Part shown: in pieces, positions 1-11,381 of the stretch
Position numbering within the stretch: the first letter of the stretch is position 1
Layout of the letters: every line of letters begins with the position of its first letter
Assembly: GCA_003614145.1 (NCBI GenBank)
Contig: KZ987745.1
Location: 1-32,823 of the forward strand
Source of the DNA: Piptocephalis cylindrospora
Lineage: Eukaryota
Direction of reading: 5' to 3'
DNA length: 32,823 bases
Notes under the pieces: generated by a model
Databases searched by the model: none
What the model was told of the DNA's origin: nothing
What the model saw: only the letters and a program-made list of their open reading frames with translations
Made by a program: the position numbers and the translations under genes

Positions 1-83
1 TCCAGCCTTCTTTTTTCCCTTCTTATCGCCATCGCCCAGTTGTGCCCCATCATTGGCCATGGCCTCATTAAAGCTAGCTTCCT
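1..83 (-). repeat. Inverted duplicate of 944..1026 (TOP2 last exon), probable chimeric contig end
   Basis: 1..83 is the reverse complement of 944..1026 with one mismatch (ttgTgcccc vs ttgAgcccc). The junction falls on AGCTTCCT (76..83), which also fits the TOP2 reading frame. Confidence 0.9.
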
Positions 84-1422
84 CTTCGTGTCTGGACCCA
101 AACGTACAAGCAAATGCTGGAGGAGATGCTCGTGGGTACGGAGAAGAAGCCAGCCGTGCTCAAGGATTATCGGAATAACAGCTCCAATTCCCAGGTTCAT
201 TTTACTCTCACCATGACCCCGGAGAAGATGCGTGCCTTGTCCGCACCCGCAAGTGGAGGGCTTGAAAAAAGCTTTGATCTCACGTCCAATTTAACCACAG
301 GAAACATGGTTTGCTTCGACCGGAATGGCAAGTTACGCAAATATCGGAGTGCTGAGGAGATCCTCGAAGATTTCTACCCCCTGCGCCTTGAGTATTATGG
401 GAAGCGAAAGGCGGCCATGGAAAGAGTTCTGGAGGAGGAATGGGAGGAGTTGAGTGCTAAAGCTCGGTTCATCCTTGAGGTCGTCAGCGAGCTTCTTGTC
501 CTTAACCGGAGAAGGAAGGCGGATATTGTTCAGGATCTACGGAAGCGTGGCTACCTGGCTATTCCGCCCGGAGGGCGAGGAAAGAGAAGACGGGGCGAAT
601 TAGACCAGGCAGAGGACCAGCCGGAAGCTCAGGAGGGCGGGGAAGAAGGGGAGGAAGGGGAGAAGAATGTGTCCCGGGATTACGACTACCTTCTCTCCAT
701 GCCCCTTCATAGTTTGACAACGGAGCGAGTTGCTCGTCTAGAGCGTGAGCGGGATGCGAAGGGTCTGGATCTCGATCATCTCCGAGCCAAATCCCCTGAA
801 GATCTTTGGGAGATTGACCTGGCCGCCTTCCTTGAGGAATGGGATGTAAGTGATTAGGTGGTTGTCAATGGTGGGGTAAGGGAGATAGACAACCTTTGTG
901 TATCCAAGCTAATATTCACCCCCTTCCCCTAATTTCTAGCGTAAGGAAGCTAGCTTTAATGAGGCCATGGCCAATGATGGGGCTCAACTGGGCGATGGCG
1001 ATAAGAAGGGAAAAAAGAAGGCTGGAGGGGCAACGAGGAAAAAGGCTACCGCTGGGGTCAAGAGGAAGGCTGAGGATGGCAAGGCGGCCACAGCCAAGAA
1101 GACGACGATGTCTACTACGAAAAAAGCAGAGAAGGTCACTAGAAATGGAGATGGAGATGAAATCTCGGGAAAGCCTGAGAGTGTCAAGGTTGTACGTGGT
1201 CGGAAGAAGATCGTAGATGATGAGGATGATTTTATGGGAGGCGAGGAAGACGATATGGATGTGATCCCAACGGGAGAGAAGAGGAGACCCAGCAGTCGGA
1301 GGGCTGTCACCAAGACTCGATACGTTGAGAGTGATGATGGGGAGGATGGGGATGGAGGCGATGGATACGAGGATGACATCGTCAGTGGGGATGAGATGAT
1401 GGAGGAGGAGGACGATTACTGA
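78..1422 (+). CDS. TOP2: DNA topoisomerase II, C-terminal part (5' truncated); exons 78..845, 940..1422
   Basis: LPLRVWTQTYKQMLE, NMVCFDRNGKLRKY, EILEDFYPLRLEYYGKRK, ARFILEV, YDYLLSMPLHSLT and LWEIDLAAF are type IIA topoisomerase motifs. GTAAGT..CTAG intron 846..939 joins in frame to a K/D/E-rich tail. Confidence 0.95.
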
Positions 1423-1700
1423 AACGGTGGGTGGATGGCACTGGAAACATTCCCAGGGAGAGAGAGGTGCCGTGACTCACTACGGTTAGATTATGGGCAT
1501 ACTGGGGATATTTCTCCCAAAAAGAGTGTTTAGGCAAGCGAGTAAACTGGGCACATAAAGAAAGCAATATAAGGTATTTTTGAGCTGATCATGGTTGACT
1601 AAGATGATGACTCCTTTGGAGGTTTTGATAAGGCGCCCAACTTTTTTTGAACCTGGGCATATGTCTTGGAAAACTATGCAAGGGCATCCTGTAGTTGTAC

Positions 1701-2535
1701 TTATGCTTCAACAATGGAGCGGATCAACTTGGTCGCATCGGGCTCACGAGGTGGAGGCCAGGATGAGAGAGAAGAGAGACGTATTGATGGAATGGGGAGG
1801 TCAGGTGGATGCAGTGAAGGGATAGGAAGAGAGGGTATCATGGGGGCTGGGTTATGAGCAAGCCTGGTGGTCACATGTATACTGGATCCTAGGATCTTGA
1901 AGTTGGGATAATGCTTCTGTGTAACCCCTAGAGACTTGAAGTGAAGATTTGGCTTCATCGTCCCATGCTCCAGCGCTGGATCTTTCTTTGGCAGACAAGC
2001 ATGAGCTTGCGATGGCAATGATTTAGGATGGTAGCTATTGCACAATGGAAGGGTGGAGGTGGATGGATAGGACCTCTATGAAAGGGGAATCGTCAACGAG
2101 TAACGGTTGGAATCAACCTTTAAGCGAAATGTAACACATACCCTTACCACCGTGATCTGCTTTGCCTCGGACGAAGGATATGATAATCTGGCCTATTCAT
2201 GTAGGAAGCATGAAAAGGGATCACGAGGATGGGAGTATCCGCTGTATCTACCCATTTCATTCCATACCCTGGACTTGGTCAGTTCTCTTCTAGATGGGAA
2301 GCGCCGAGATGGATAATGGTATAGATTCTCTCTGAAAGGAGCACTGGAGAACTGATAGTGATAATGGTATAAGCTTAAGAACAAGTCCTAGTGATGAGAT
2401 GACCCAGATATGCCTACTTACCTCGGCCTAGAAAACCCGGACTCCCAGGCTTGTCAAATCCTGTAATGATCGGATAGTATTCCTGTCAATATTCCGATCC
2501 CCTTGTCTGGGTGGTCGTTTCGAAGGACATCTCAT
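1701..2535 (-). pseudogene. Possible 4-exon orphan gene with one in-frame TAG (exons 2535..2422, 2351..2268, 2192..2148, 2075..1701)
   Basis: Three canonical introns of 70, 75 and 72 nt (GTAAGT..CAG, GTATGG..TAG, GTAAGG..TAG), all phase 0, join one frame broken only by TAG at 2430..2428. No family recognised. Confidence 0.3.
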
Positions 2536-2651
2536 GGTGAGGAAAAAAGGGAGTGGAAGAGAGGACTGTTGAATTCTCTCACTTTATGACCGGCGTTGGC
2601 AAATTAAGTCCAGTCTAATCAACATAGCCTGAGTGCAAGTGGAAAAATAAG

Positions 2652-2725
2652 CGCTCCCGGGTGGGATCGAACCACCAACCTCCTGATTAACAGTCAGACG
2701 CGCTAGCCAATTGCGCCACGGAAGC
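2652..2725 (-). tRNA. tRNA-Asn (anticodon GTT), intronless
   Basis: GCTTCCGTGGCGCAATTGGCTAGCGCGTCTGACTGTTAATCAGGAGGTTGGTGGTTCGATCCCACCCGGGAGCG: 7-bp acceptor stem, TCTGA/TCAGG anticodon stem around CTGTTAA, GGTTCGATCC B box, followed by TTATTTTT (Pol III terminator). Confidence 0.97.
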
Positions 2726-3399
2726 TATCTTGTGATACTTTCTGTCAGGTCACAGTTTATTATAGACAGGAGGGGAATTCCTATAGTGACGCTCACAAGT
2801 GAGGGCTGAGTGTATGTGTGTATATGTGTGTGTTGGATCACTCCCTCAGTATGAGAAGGGACGAGTATAAGAGGGAGCAAGAGATGGGAGAGCGCTCTCC
2901 ATCCTGGGGGGATGGGCACCTTGGTTCTGCATCTGATTGAGAGACCAAGGGAGTAACAAGCATCCATCCCCCCAGACATCCACGATTCCCATCGTCCACA
3001 GAACACACCGAGAAGATCTCGACATTTCGGAAAAATTCTTACATTTACATAACTTAGTACCTTAAAGATAAGTAAAATGCTTCTCTTGTTTTCCATTCCT
3101 ATTCTCTCAATGTTATCTTATATATAGGCTTTGCCCACGATGTATGGGTTCTAAGTCAAAAAAGACGCTAAATTCGCAAGAAAAACAGGATATTTCAGAA
3201 GTTAGGTTGGAGATGAGGTGAATGTCCATTTTTTGATAATGGTACGATTTAAACGATATAAGGAGCAAAGATACATGCTTCAAGTCAATGTCAGCTAAAT
3301 AGTATTTATTGTCATTTTATTGTTCATCCCAACTAGGATAGTCAGCCTAGAAAGGAGGTAATGACCTCAATCTCCCATACCTCACCAACCAAGTCCTCT

Positions 3400-5472
3400 T
3401 CACTGTCTCATGGGAGCAGTTTTGAACTCCTTGCATTGGGAAGGGAGAGTAAAACCATCCACGGGCTGCAGGGGAACCTCAGTATCGGTAGCAGATACAT
3501 TTCCCTGGACCAAGTGTGCATCAGCACCAAGGCCCCGATCGGCAAAGGCGCTCCACACATCACATAGAATAGCGGGTTGGATAATTTCAGTGGCTTGGAG
3601 GATGGAATCCCGAGCATTGAGAAAGGTGGGGAGACATGGCTGGAGACGCATGCCTACAATGATGATCCACAGGGCAAGGGTGTTGCCTCTTTCGACATTC
3701 CCGCTCATCCAATCAGGATCAAAACCCAATCGATCCACCAGGTTCCAGAACACTTCGTACAGGACACCAGCCCATATGGCTCCGCCCATGTGGGTTGTGC
3801 GACCCCGGGTGGCGGAGTAGGGGTCTTTGGGATCGGATGGGGCCGCCGAATACTTTCGACCTCGAAGGTTCTTCCCCATGACATACTCGGCGAAACCAAA
3901 CTTGGCCGTCTTGCGTGTGTGCTTGGGTGTGACCCGGAGGATCACGGATATAAGATCGCTCCAGCCCTCAGCTAGCATCTCAGACTCACGACTCCCACAA
4001 AGGCAATCCGCGTTGGTGGCTCCGCCAGTGGAGCGACTACTAAGTCCGTGAATGTATTCATGCGTAGGAATTTCAAAGGTCAGGGCAGCACTCCGGCCCT
4101 GCAGTACGCCCAATTCCATGATGCCGGGCTCAGGGGCTGGGGGGGGGGCCCAGAAACGGGCGATGTCGGGATTATCACGTTCGGCGATATCCGAGTTGAC
4201 GAGCACAACGATGGAGCCACCCTCCCTACCACCTTTTCCGTACGTCCGCTTCTGGAAGGCACCATTCTCCACAGTAAACCCATAAACTCCGAGAAGGTCA
4301 TGCATCATGTTTCCGTGAAAGAAGATGGAGGAGGCGGCCTGGTTGAGACTTCCAGGCTGATAGGCCATGACACCATCCTCGTAGCCGGGGACTAGGGTAC
4401 CCATATCAGTTTCCAGGGCTCCCCTTCGACCATCCCGGACATCCACATTATTTCCGGCCACATTCCACCGTCGTTTAGATTCGGGATCCACCCAACCATG
4501 CGGAGAGAACTGGAGGATACCGCGGGAATCTTCACCCCGAAGGACCGGGGATCCCTCTGAGGGATCATTGGCCCCACCCCAACCGTACACAAGGAACTTG
4601 CCTGCAGAGTAGACCCAATCAACAAGGGAGAGGACAGAGCCATCATCGGCAGATACTTGGGCATTGAGATAGTTTCCATCGAGTCGGACCTGAACTTGGT
4701 GGGTTCGGGTGAGGGAGCCCGACTTGTCAAAATACAAGGAGGTGAGAACCTTAGCGGTGAGGTCAGCGGCGTAAGTAACATTACTGACGGTCGTAATGGA
4801 GCTCGCAGAGGTAGAACGGTCTGCCACTGTGGGGGTAAGGTCAATGGCCCGAGGGGTCGGGATGTGGAGATAGGCGGCCAAGGCCACGACCGCTTCGACC
4901 GGGGTGATCATAGCCGGGGCCTCTACCAGAGCCTCTGCGTTGGTGGAAGCCCAGGAGAAGCCCGTGGGATTGACTTCAGGTGCAGATAGATCCACGTATG
5001 TGGTATTCTTAAAGATCGGGAAGGGCATGAGGCCTTGAGGCCCGGTGATACTGAAGGAAATGAGGGTTGCATGGAGGAAATTGAGTTGTAGCTGGAAATT
5101 GCCAATTTCGACGCCCGAAGCGGTCCGAGGCCGAAGATAGACATGGGTCAGGCTAAAGGTCCTGGAGTAATGGATATCCCGAATATAGAGGATGGCATGG
5201 GCAGGTAAAGCAAATTGCTCGCGGACGAGGACCTGGTTGGCGACACTCAGGATACGATCCATACCCAGGGGCACTTCCGGAATGGGGATGGGTCGACGAC
5301 GGGGCGGGGAAGTCGGATTTTTGGAGGGTGTGTTGAAGGAGTTGGCATGGGCACTAGGGGAGGAGGTGATGGTACGAGGTGCCTTGGCTGCTTGAGCGAG
5401 GGAAAGGACTGAAAGGGCCCCGTAAAGAGGGAAGAGGAGGAGGAGAGAGAAGGGGGAGCTGGAGGTACGCAT
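3400..5472 (-). CDS. Secreted fungalysin (peptidase M36) zinc metalloprotease, 690 aa, intronless
   Basis: Signal peptide MRTSSSPFSLLLLFPLYGALSVLSLAQA; propeptide (THVYLR, VSADDGSVLSLVDWV); catalytic HEYIH and EGWSD; HMGGAIWA, GMRLQPCLPTFLNARDSIL, VWSAFADRGLG. I use ATG 5472 rather than the GTG at 5535. Confidence 0.92.
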   Translation of the reverse strand: MRTSSSPFSLLLLFPLYGALSVLSLAQAAKAPRTITSSPSAHANSFNTPSKNPTSPPRRRPIPIPEVPLGMDRILSVANQVLVREQFALPAHAILYIRDIHYSRTFSLTHVYLRPRTASGVEIGNFQLQLNFLHATLISFSITGPQGLMPFPIFKNTTYVDLSAPEVNPTGFSWASTNAEALVEAPAMITPVEAVVALAAYLHIPTPRAIDLTPTVADRSTSASSITTVSNVTYAADLTAKVLTSLYFDKSGSLTRTHQVQVRLDGNYLNAQVSADDGSVLSLVDWVYSAGKFLVYGWGGANDPSEGSPVLRGEDSRGILQFSPHGWVDPESKRRWNVAGNNVDVRDGRRGALETDMGTLVPGYEDGVMAYQPGSLNQAASSIFFHGNMMHDLLGVYGFTVENGAFQKRTYGKGGREGGSIVVLVNSDIAERDNPDIARFWAPPPAPEPGIMELGVLQGRSAALTFEIPTHEYIHGLSSRSTGGATNADCLCGSRESEMLAEGWSDLISVILRVTPKHTRKTAKFGFAEYVMGKNLRGRKYSAAPSDPKDPYSATRGRTTHMGGAIWAGVLYEVFWNLVDRLGFDPDWMSGNVERGNTLALWIIIVGMRLQPCLPTFLNARDSILQATEIIQPAILCDVWSAFADRGLGADAHLVQGNVSATDTEVPLQPVDGFTLPSQCKEFKTAPMRQ

Positions 5473-6301
5473 CGGAGGATCACAATAGCGGTTCGTGAGG
5501 ACAGGAGAATGGATAAATGAAGGTTTAGGAAGCACGTCAGAAATCGAGAAACAGGAGGGATGGCCTAAAGGAAGCGCGATACACAGTGTATCAACAAGAC
5601 CGAGTTCGTGAGGCGGAAGGGTGAGAGGATGAGAAATGAGCGAGGGAAGAAGAAGCGAGGTGCAAGAAAGGGTTGGGAAAGAGGAAGGAGGTCGAGATGG
5701 GGAGCTGTTACAGGAGCATAGACTCTGCCCTATTAAACTAAAGGGAGCGGAGTTACTTTAGCTAGGTTAAGTCGTACTACTTAACATTCTTTTGTCATAA
5801 TTGGTAGATCATGGCGGGGCTTGAAACGCAGAAAATGAACAAAATCCTCTAAATTATCATCTGAATTACTAGACCGTATGCTTTAGCATAGCGCTCTGAA
5901 TTATGTTAACAACATCATTATAGACTAATGAGGATAGCTTAGAATATGGCAAACTTCGAGTTTTTGGGTAAAGGATTTGGATGGTAGCCTCATCAGCGCC
6001 ACTGCGCCTCGTGTATACTTCACTTCTCACTGTGTACCTACCCGGCATTAATCGTGGGCCAAATTTGGGCTAAGTTTGGAGACAAGCTCTTGGTCCTCAG
6101 TAGCAGGCTGAAAAGGTAAACATGGTCCATTCAGTTGAGCATTCCGCTCACTCTCTATCCTCCAATACACTTCTTGTCATCCTCTTCTCTTCTCTTTCCT
6201 TCCTTTTGCTCCCTTCCCTTTCTTGTTTGTTTAGGATCACTTCCCTCTTTGATAGGGCGGCCCTTTAGATCTTTACTCTTCTTTCAGCTACACCGGTCAA
6301 G

Positions 6302-8150
6302 ATGAAGGGAGGACAGCAAACCTCGTTATACTTCAAAAAGAAGGCATCTCCGCCCTCCTTGACTTCCTCCAACCCCAATCCGACAAATCCCTTTCAAGCC
6401 TCTAGAGCTAGACTTCCCTCCGGGGTGACTGTGATGCCCGGGAGAGGAGCGACAGATACGGTATTGCAAAATATCCGCTCGGCCTCCAATTTTGCTGGGC
6501 CGAAGCACCGTATTCATAACTACACACCTAGACCCACCACAACCGCCGTGCGTGGAAGCACCGGGAATCATGCCCTGAGCGGGAAAAGGCGAAGTATCGT
6601 TGAGGTGGACGATAGCGATGATTTTGCTGATCCCTTTGGCACTCGCCCGGCCAACAAGCGCCATCAATTGGATGCGTCCTCTGGCCCAGGCGATACTATC
6701 AGCTTTCGGACCCACATTGGACAGAAGTCACTGAGTACGGAGCAAGAAGATGTCCTGGATCTGGTGATTCGAAAGGGGCGAAATGTTTTCTTCACCGGAT
6801 CAGCTGGTAAGTGTGGAGCTGGGGACAAAATCACAAGGAGCATCCTCTCACCTTCCTTTAGGTACGGGAAAGTCCTTTATCCTTCGGCATATCATTACTG
6901 AACTCAAGGAGATTCATGGGGACACGTCCGTAGCCGTCACCTCCTCCACCGGAATTGCCGCTTGTAACATCGGTGGCTGCACCCTTCACTCTTTTGCGGG
7001 CATTGGTCTGGGACTAGAAGAGGTCCCAGCCCTTTGTCGCCGGATCAACAAGAATGGCAAAGCAAGGAAACGCTGGATGGAGACGCGGGTTCTGGTGATT
7101 GACGAGGTATCCATGTTGGATTCTGTTCTGCTAGATAAGCTGGAGCAGGTGGCTCGTAGACTACGAGACCCTTCCTCACCATTTGGGGGCATCCAGCTTG
7201 TCCTGACGGGAGATTTTTTCCAGCTGCCTCCCGTAGAGAAAGCTTCTGATGCGGGGAAGATAAAGTTTGCCTTTGAGGCGGCCTGCTGGAGAAAGTGTGG
7301 GTTGCGGATCATCCAGCTCACACATGTCTATCGTCAACGGGACAACACGTTTGTGGAGATGTTGAATGACATTCGGGAGGGCAACCTCAAGCCCCGAACG
7401 GTAAATCTCTTCAAGAATCTCCATCGCCCGATCGCCAACCTTAACGGTGTCGTTCCCACCCATCTGTACTCGTTGCGCCGACAAGTGGATGATGCCAATG
7501 ACCGACAACTCCGAGTGCTTCCCGGAGAACCGCGGGTCTTCACGGCCCGGGACATTGGCAAAGAATCCTACACTTCCAAACTGGACAACAACTGTCTGGC
7601 GCCTAGTCGACTCATCCTCAAGCTAAATGCCCAAGTCATGCTGATCAAGAACATTGATCAGACCCTGGTTAACGGTAGTCGTGGGGTTGTCATCGGTTAT
7701 GAGGCTTCGGATGGGAAAAGTGGTGAGATGTACCCGGTGGTTCGGTTTGAGAACAATCGGAATCACGTGTGCAAACCTGAGGACTGGACGATGGAGGTTC
7801 CGGGGGAGGGAGAGGTGGCCAAGCGCATCCAAGTCCCCCTTATCCTCGCTTGGGCCATGAGCATTCACAAGAGCCAGGGCCAAACGTTGGAACGGGTCGT
7901 GGTGGATCTACAGACCATCTTTGAAAAGGGTAAGTGAGAGTATGAGGGATTTATATAATTGTTTACCCACTCTGGTACTCATCCAATCCGCATTCATTTC
8001 ACCTGGTCAGGGCAAGCGTATGTAGCCTTGAGTCGCGCCACATCTATCGCTGGACTTCAAGTCCTGAATTTTAGTCCACACTCCATTATGGCTCATCCAA
8101 AGGTCATTGAGTTCAATAAGGAGCTGCAGAGTATGGTCCGGAAGTGCTAA
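6302..8150 (+). CDS. PIF1: PIF1-family 5'-3' DNA helicase, about 570 aa; exons 6302..6806, 6862..7929, 8011..8150
   Basis: Walker A FFTGSAG|TGKS is rebuilt across the first intron; [65 protein letters not shown]. Confidence 0.96.
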
Positions 8151-9308
8151 GAAGCAGATTGGGATGGCTTTCTTGTTAATCGGGAATATGTTGGGTTGTC
8201 TTTTCTCCCCTGTTGTGTTCAGGGGATATCTTTTTTTCCTCGCTATATTTACTAGAAAAATAGCTCATGACATTGGGATTTGATCGAGAGCGCGATCTTG
8301 CAACAGGTTATTTTATGAGCCCTTGATCCATCACAGCCATTATTTCTCTGCCTGATGCCTTCTCTCTGCTTACTCTCCCATACTTGCTGCGCAATCACAC
8401 TTTCTTTTGGTTTCCTTTAATTAATCATCGCAATTGTACCAAAGCTCTCGTAAAATTCTATCCATCAAAAGAGATACTCAGGACGACTCTAGACGCGTCT
8501 TTCGCGTCTCCCCCAAGTACTTACTGTGCTGCTCTTAGAAAGGTATACTTCACCTCATGTACTGTGCAGATAGCCTTGAGTCTGACTGGGTCTTCCGACC
8601 CCCTATCTCCCCACAGGACGCACACACAGCCCACAGCCCACATACCACCGCCCCCACATGCACTGAGGCCGGGTGAGACGCGGTAGCCTAAGCCATCCCA
8701 GTCTCCTGCACACTACAACCGCGACCACACAAACTACAGCCCCTTTTTTCGGAATGATAGGGTGCCTAGTAGTGGAAGTGATGGTGATGGCGGGTTTATG
8801 CTGCAGCAAGGCCTGTGTGGGTGTGGGCTACTTACTTGGCCCAATCCCGTTCCGTCCGCGCTCTCCCGGTAGCGCCTGCCTACTCCATCGCACCCACTTT
8901 GGCTTTCCCCATCATCGTTGACGTCCTTCCCCTCTTCTTTCCTTCCTTCTCCTCTTTCCCTCCCTCTTTTCCTTCCTTCCTTCGTCATCATTCTTCCCTC
9001 CCCCAATACTTCTTCCTCTCTTTTAGCTCTCTTCGGTCCCTATTTCTCCTCCTCCCCTTCTTCCCTCTCCCGCATCCGCAATAAGTACGGTTTTGGACTT
9101 GTTTTTCCCAACGTATCCCCTCCACTCCTACTTCCTTGCTAACTTCTTCGCTCCTCCCTCCCCCACCTCTTCTTCTAACCACTACCCTAGCCACTCGGTG
9201 CCGCGCTAGCATCTACGCGTATCACCACCTCAGCTTGACTTGTTCGACCTTCCTCGTCACCTCCATCACTCTGCCTTCCTCCCCGGCCCCAACGATTCAG
9301 CTTATAGT

Positions 9309-11381
9309 ATGAGCGACAACGCCTCTGATAACGGCTCTCCTGGACCAGAGATGTTTTCCCATGCCTCTGAGGACCACTCAATGACCTCGGACCCCATGCC
9401 CAGGTCTGCCTCTCCGACCGACGCCCCTAAACGCAAGTCCTCCAAGGGCACGGACATCACCAGTGATTACCCCTTTCCCCCGGGGGAGGTTGTTTGGTCC
9501 AAACTCAAGGGATTCAACTGGTGGCCTTCTGTGGTAAGTCGTGACGGTGCATGGACAAAGTCCTAGTGGGTAGAGGGATCCCTAATTATCAGTGTTATAC
9601 CCACTCATTTCTCTCTTCCTCCATGGTGCTCATGGGTATCGTTGAATAGATGGCCGATGAAACCCGTATGACCCAGCGCCAGATTGCCGGGAAGCAAAGC
9701 GTAGCCCGAGTTAAAGGAACTCGCGCTGTCCGGATGTTCCCCGTTTTTTTCCTCCAGTCTCACGACTAGTAAGTCTTGTTTTAAGGGCCTTTTTTGCATG
9801 AATCTAACATTGGATCACGATGAGATTACCCCTGTTTCTCATTCCTCGTTCTTTGACTGACTCTTGACTTCCCTTTCCCTGTGAAATAGTGGTTGGGTAA
9901 CCAAGGACTGCATGCAGGACTTTCAATCTAACCTCTCAGCCTTTTCTCGCTCGAGCTCCAGTAAGGATTTCCGTCAGGCCTTGAGCGAGGCCCTGGAGCC
10001 AGGGACTGCGCGTGGCCTCTATGATGATAGCATGGCCGCTAACGATGAATACAACGAACTAACTGGGTTTGACCCCCTGGTAAGTGCCAAAAAGGCCACA
10101 AAGAACCGTAGCCGTATGGAAGAGGACAAGCTCCCGCCCAGTCCCGCACCCAAGAAGCAGGTGATGAGCAAGGGAGCCATGACGAAGCGCCGCGCAAGGT
10201 TGCAAAGCCGGGCAGACGATAGCGATGAAGAGGATGTGGACTCTGAGGAGACTAGTCAATCCAAGACCACGATGGATAAGAGCGCCCCCAGGAAGCGTAA
10301 GCTCAGTGAGATTTCTCGAGTCCACAAGGGCTCCTCCAGGGGCTCAGATGATTCAGGATCCTCTTCCTCCGCCACTCCTACCCCTGGATCTAGTGTCATT
10401 TCCCCCCATCAACGTGCTTCTTCCGCCGACCACAACGGACAATCCGGTGGGGATGGTGCAAATGGATCTGCTGATAAGCCAGCATCCAAGCTGAAATTGA
10501 ACTCGGGTAAGTCCCTACTATTCTTCATTTGTCTCGCGAGATAGAAAGAAAGATTTACAGGATGTGGGGAAATGGGAAGAGTATCTTTGGTGATGTACCA
10601 TGCATCATTGCATCACTGACCCCTATTACTTGACTCTCCCTTCCCATTAGCTGATCCCAAGGATCGTATGATGTATTTGCGGCATCGTCTTCAACGTGCC
10701 CTCCTCCGACTCGATAAACCCCTCTCGCCCGAGGAGAAGCGTCGGTGTGATATGTACCTTAAAGACCTGGAGAATTTCCCTGCAACTCTTGAGTTGCTCA
10801 AGGTAAGGCTTACTACTCTAAATCACTGAGAAAGGTGTAATGGAGAGGAGCTCATCATTGCCTTGAGCCCATGATCGATTTAGGAGACCAAGGTGGCCAA
10901 GCTACTGAAACGCCTGGCGAATAAGGAGTACCCTGGGGATACGTACAATTTTGCCAAGAGGTCCAGGGATCTAGTGAACAAGTGGCATGGATTACTGGGG
11001 GAATGGGAAAAATCCGGTACTACTAGCTCATCTGACAAGACTCCCTCAGTCAGTGGAACATCAGGTGCTCCAGCTGAGCTAAAGACCCCAAGCAACACCG
11101 AGGAGAAGGGAGAGGAGAGTGAGGGAAGTAGGATGGAAGTGGACAACCAAGATACTGAGACGACGGGAAAGCCTTCAGTCGAGCAAAATGGTGTGGAGAA
11201 AAAGGAAATAACATCCGACAAGGCTGAACCGCAGGATACAGTGATGGAGGAGAAGGTCCGATCGGAGAATGACGAGGCAGCCAAGGAAACCGCCAAAGAG
11301 GGCCAGACCGAGGGAAAAACTGATGCATCGATCCTAGGCGGTCCTCAGGTCACGGAACATATTTCCCGCGAGACCTCCTAG
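9309..11381 (+). CDS. PWWP-domain chromatin protein with C-terminal TFIIS-N/IBD-like helical domain (Pdp3-like); exons 9309..9533, 9650..9768, 9890..10506, 10651..10802, 10884..11381
   Basis: GEVVWSKLKGFNWWPSV...PVFFLQSHDYGWV (PWWP); YLRHRLQRALL...LELLKETKVAKLLKRL...LVNKW (helical domain). Four GT-AG introns keep the frame. Confidence 0.85.

Noticed and set aside
984..1379. Ser/Phe-rich antisense ORF, and similar shadow ORFs over fungalysin, PIF1, the CRAL-TRIO gene and ARP3
   Set aside because: Reverse or alternate-frame shadows of well-supported genes; no independent signals.
2415..2430. TACTTACCT resembling the U1 snRNA 5' end (similar TACTTACTTGG near 8829)
   Set aside because: No U1 stem-loops or Sm site follow; the first is better read as a minus-strand splice donor.
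2468..2499. Imperfect hairpin GATCGGA...TCCGATC
   Set aside because: Short, expected by chance, no supporting context.
2422..2530. Alternative minus-strand frame with in-frame TGA (possible selenocysteine)
   Set aside because: No selenoprotein family motif, no SECIS seen, and the frame stops in the next putative exon.
8920..9300. Phe/Ser/Leu-rich ORFs in a long CT-rich tract
   Set aside because: Polypyrimidine promoter or leader of the PWWP gene; similar tracts precede most genes here.
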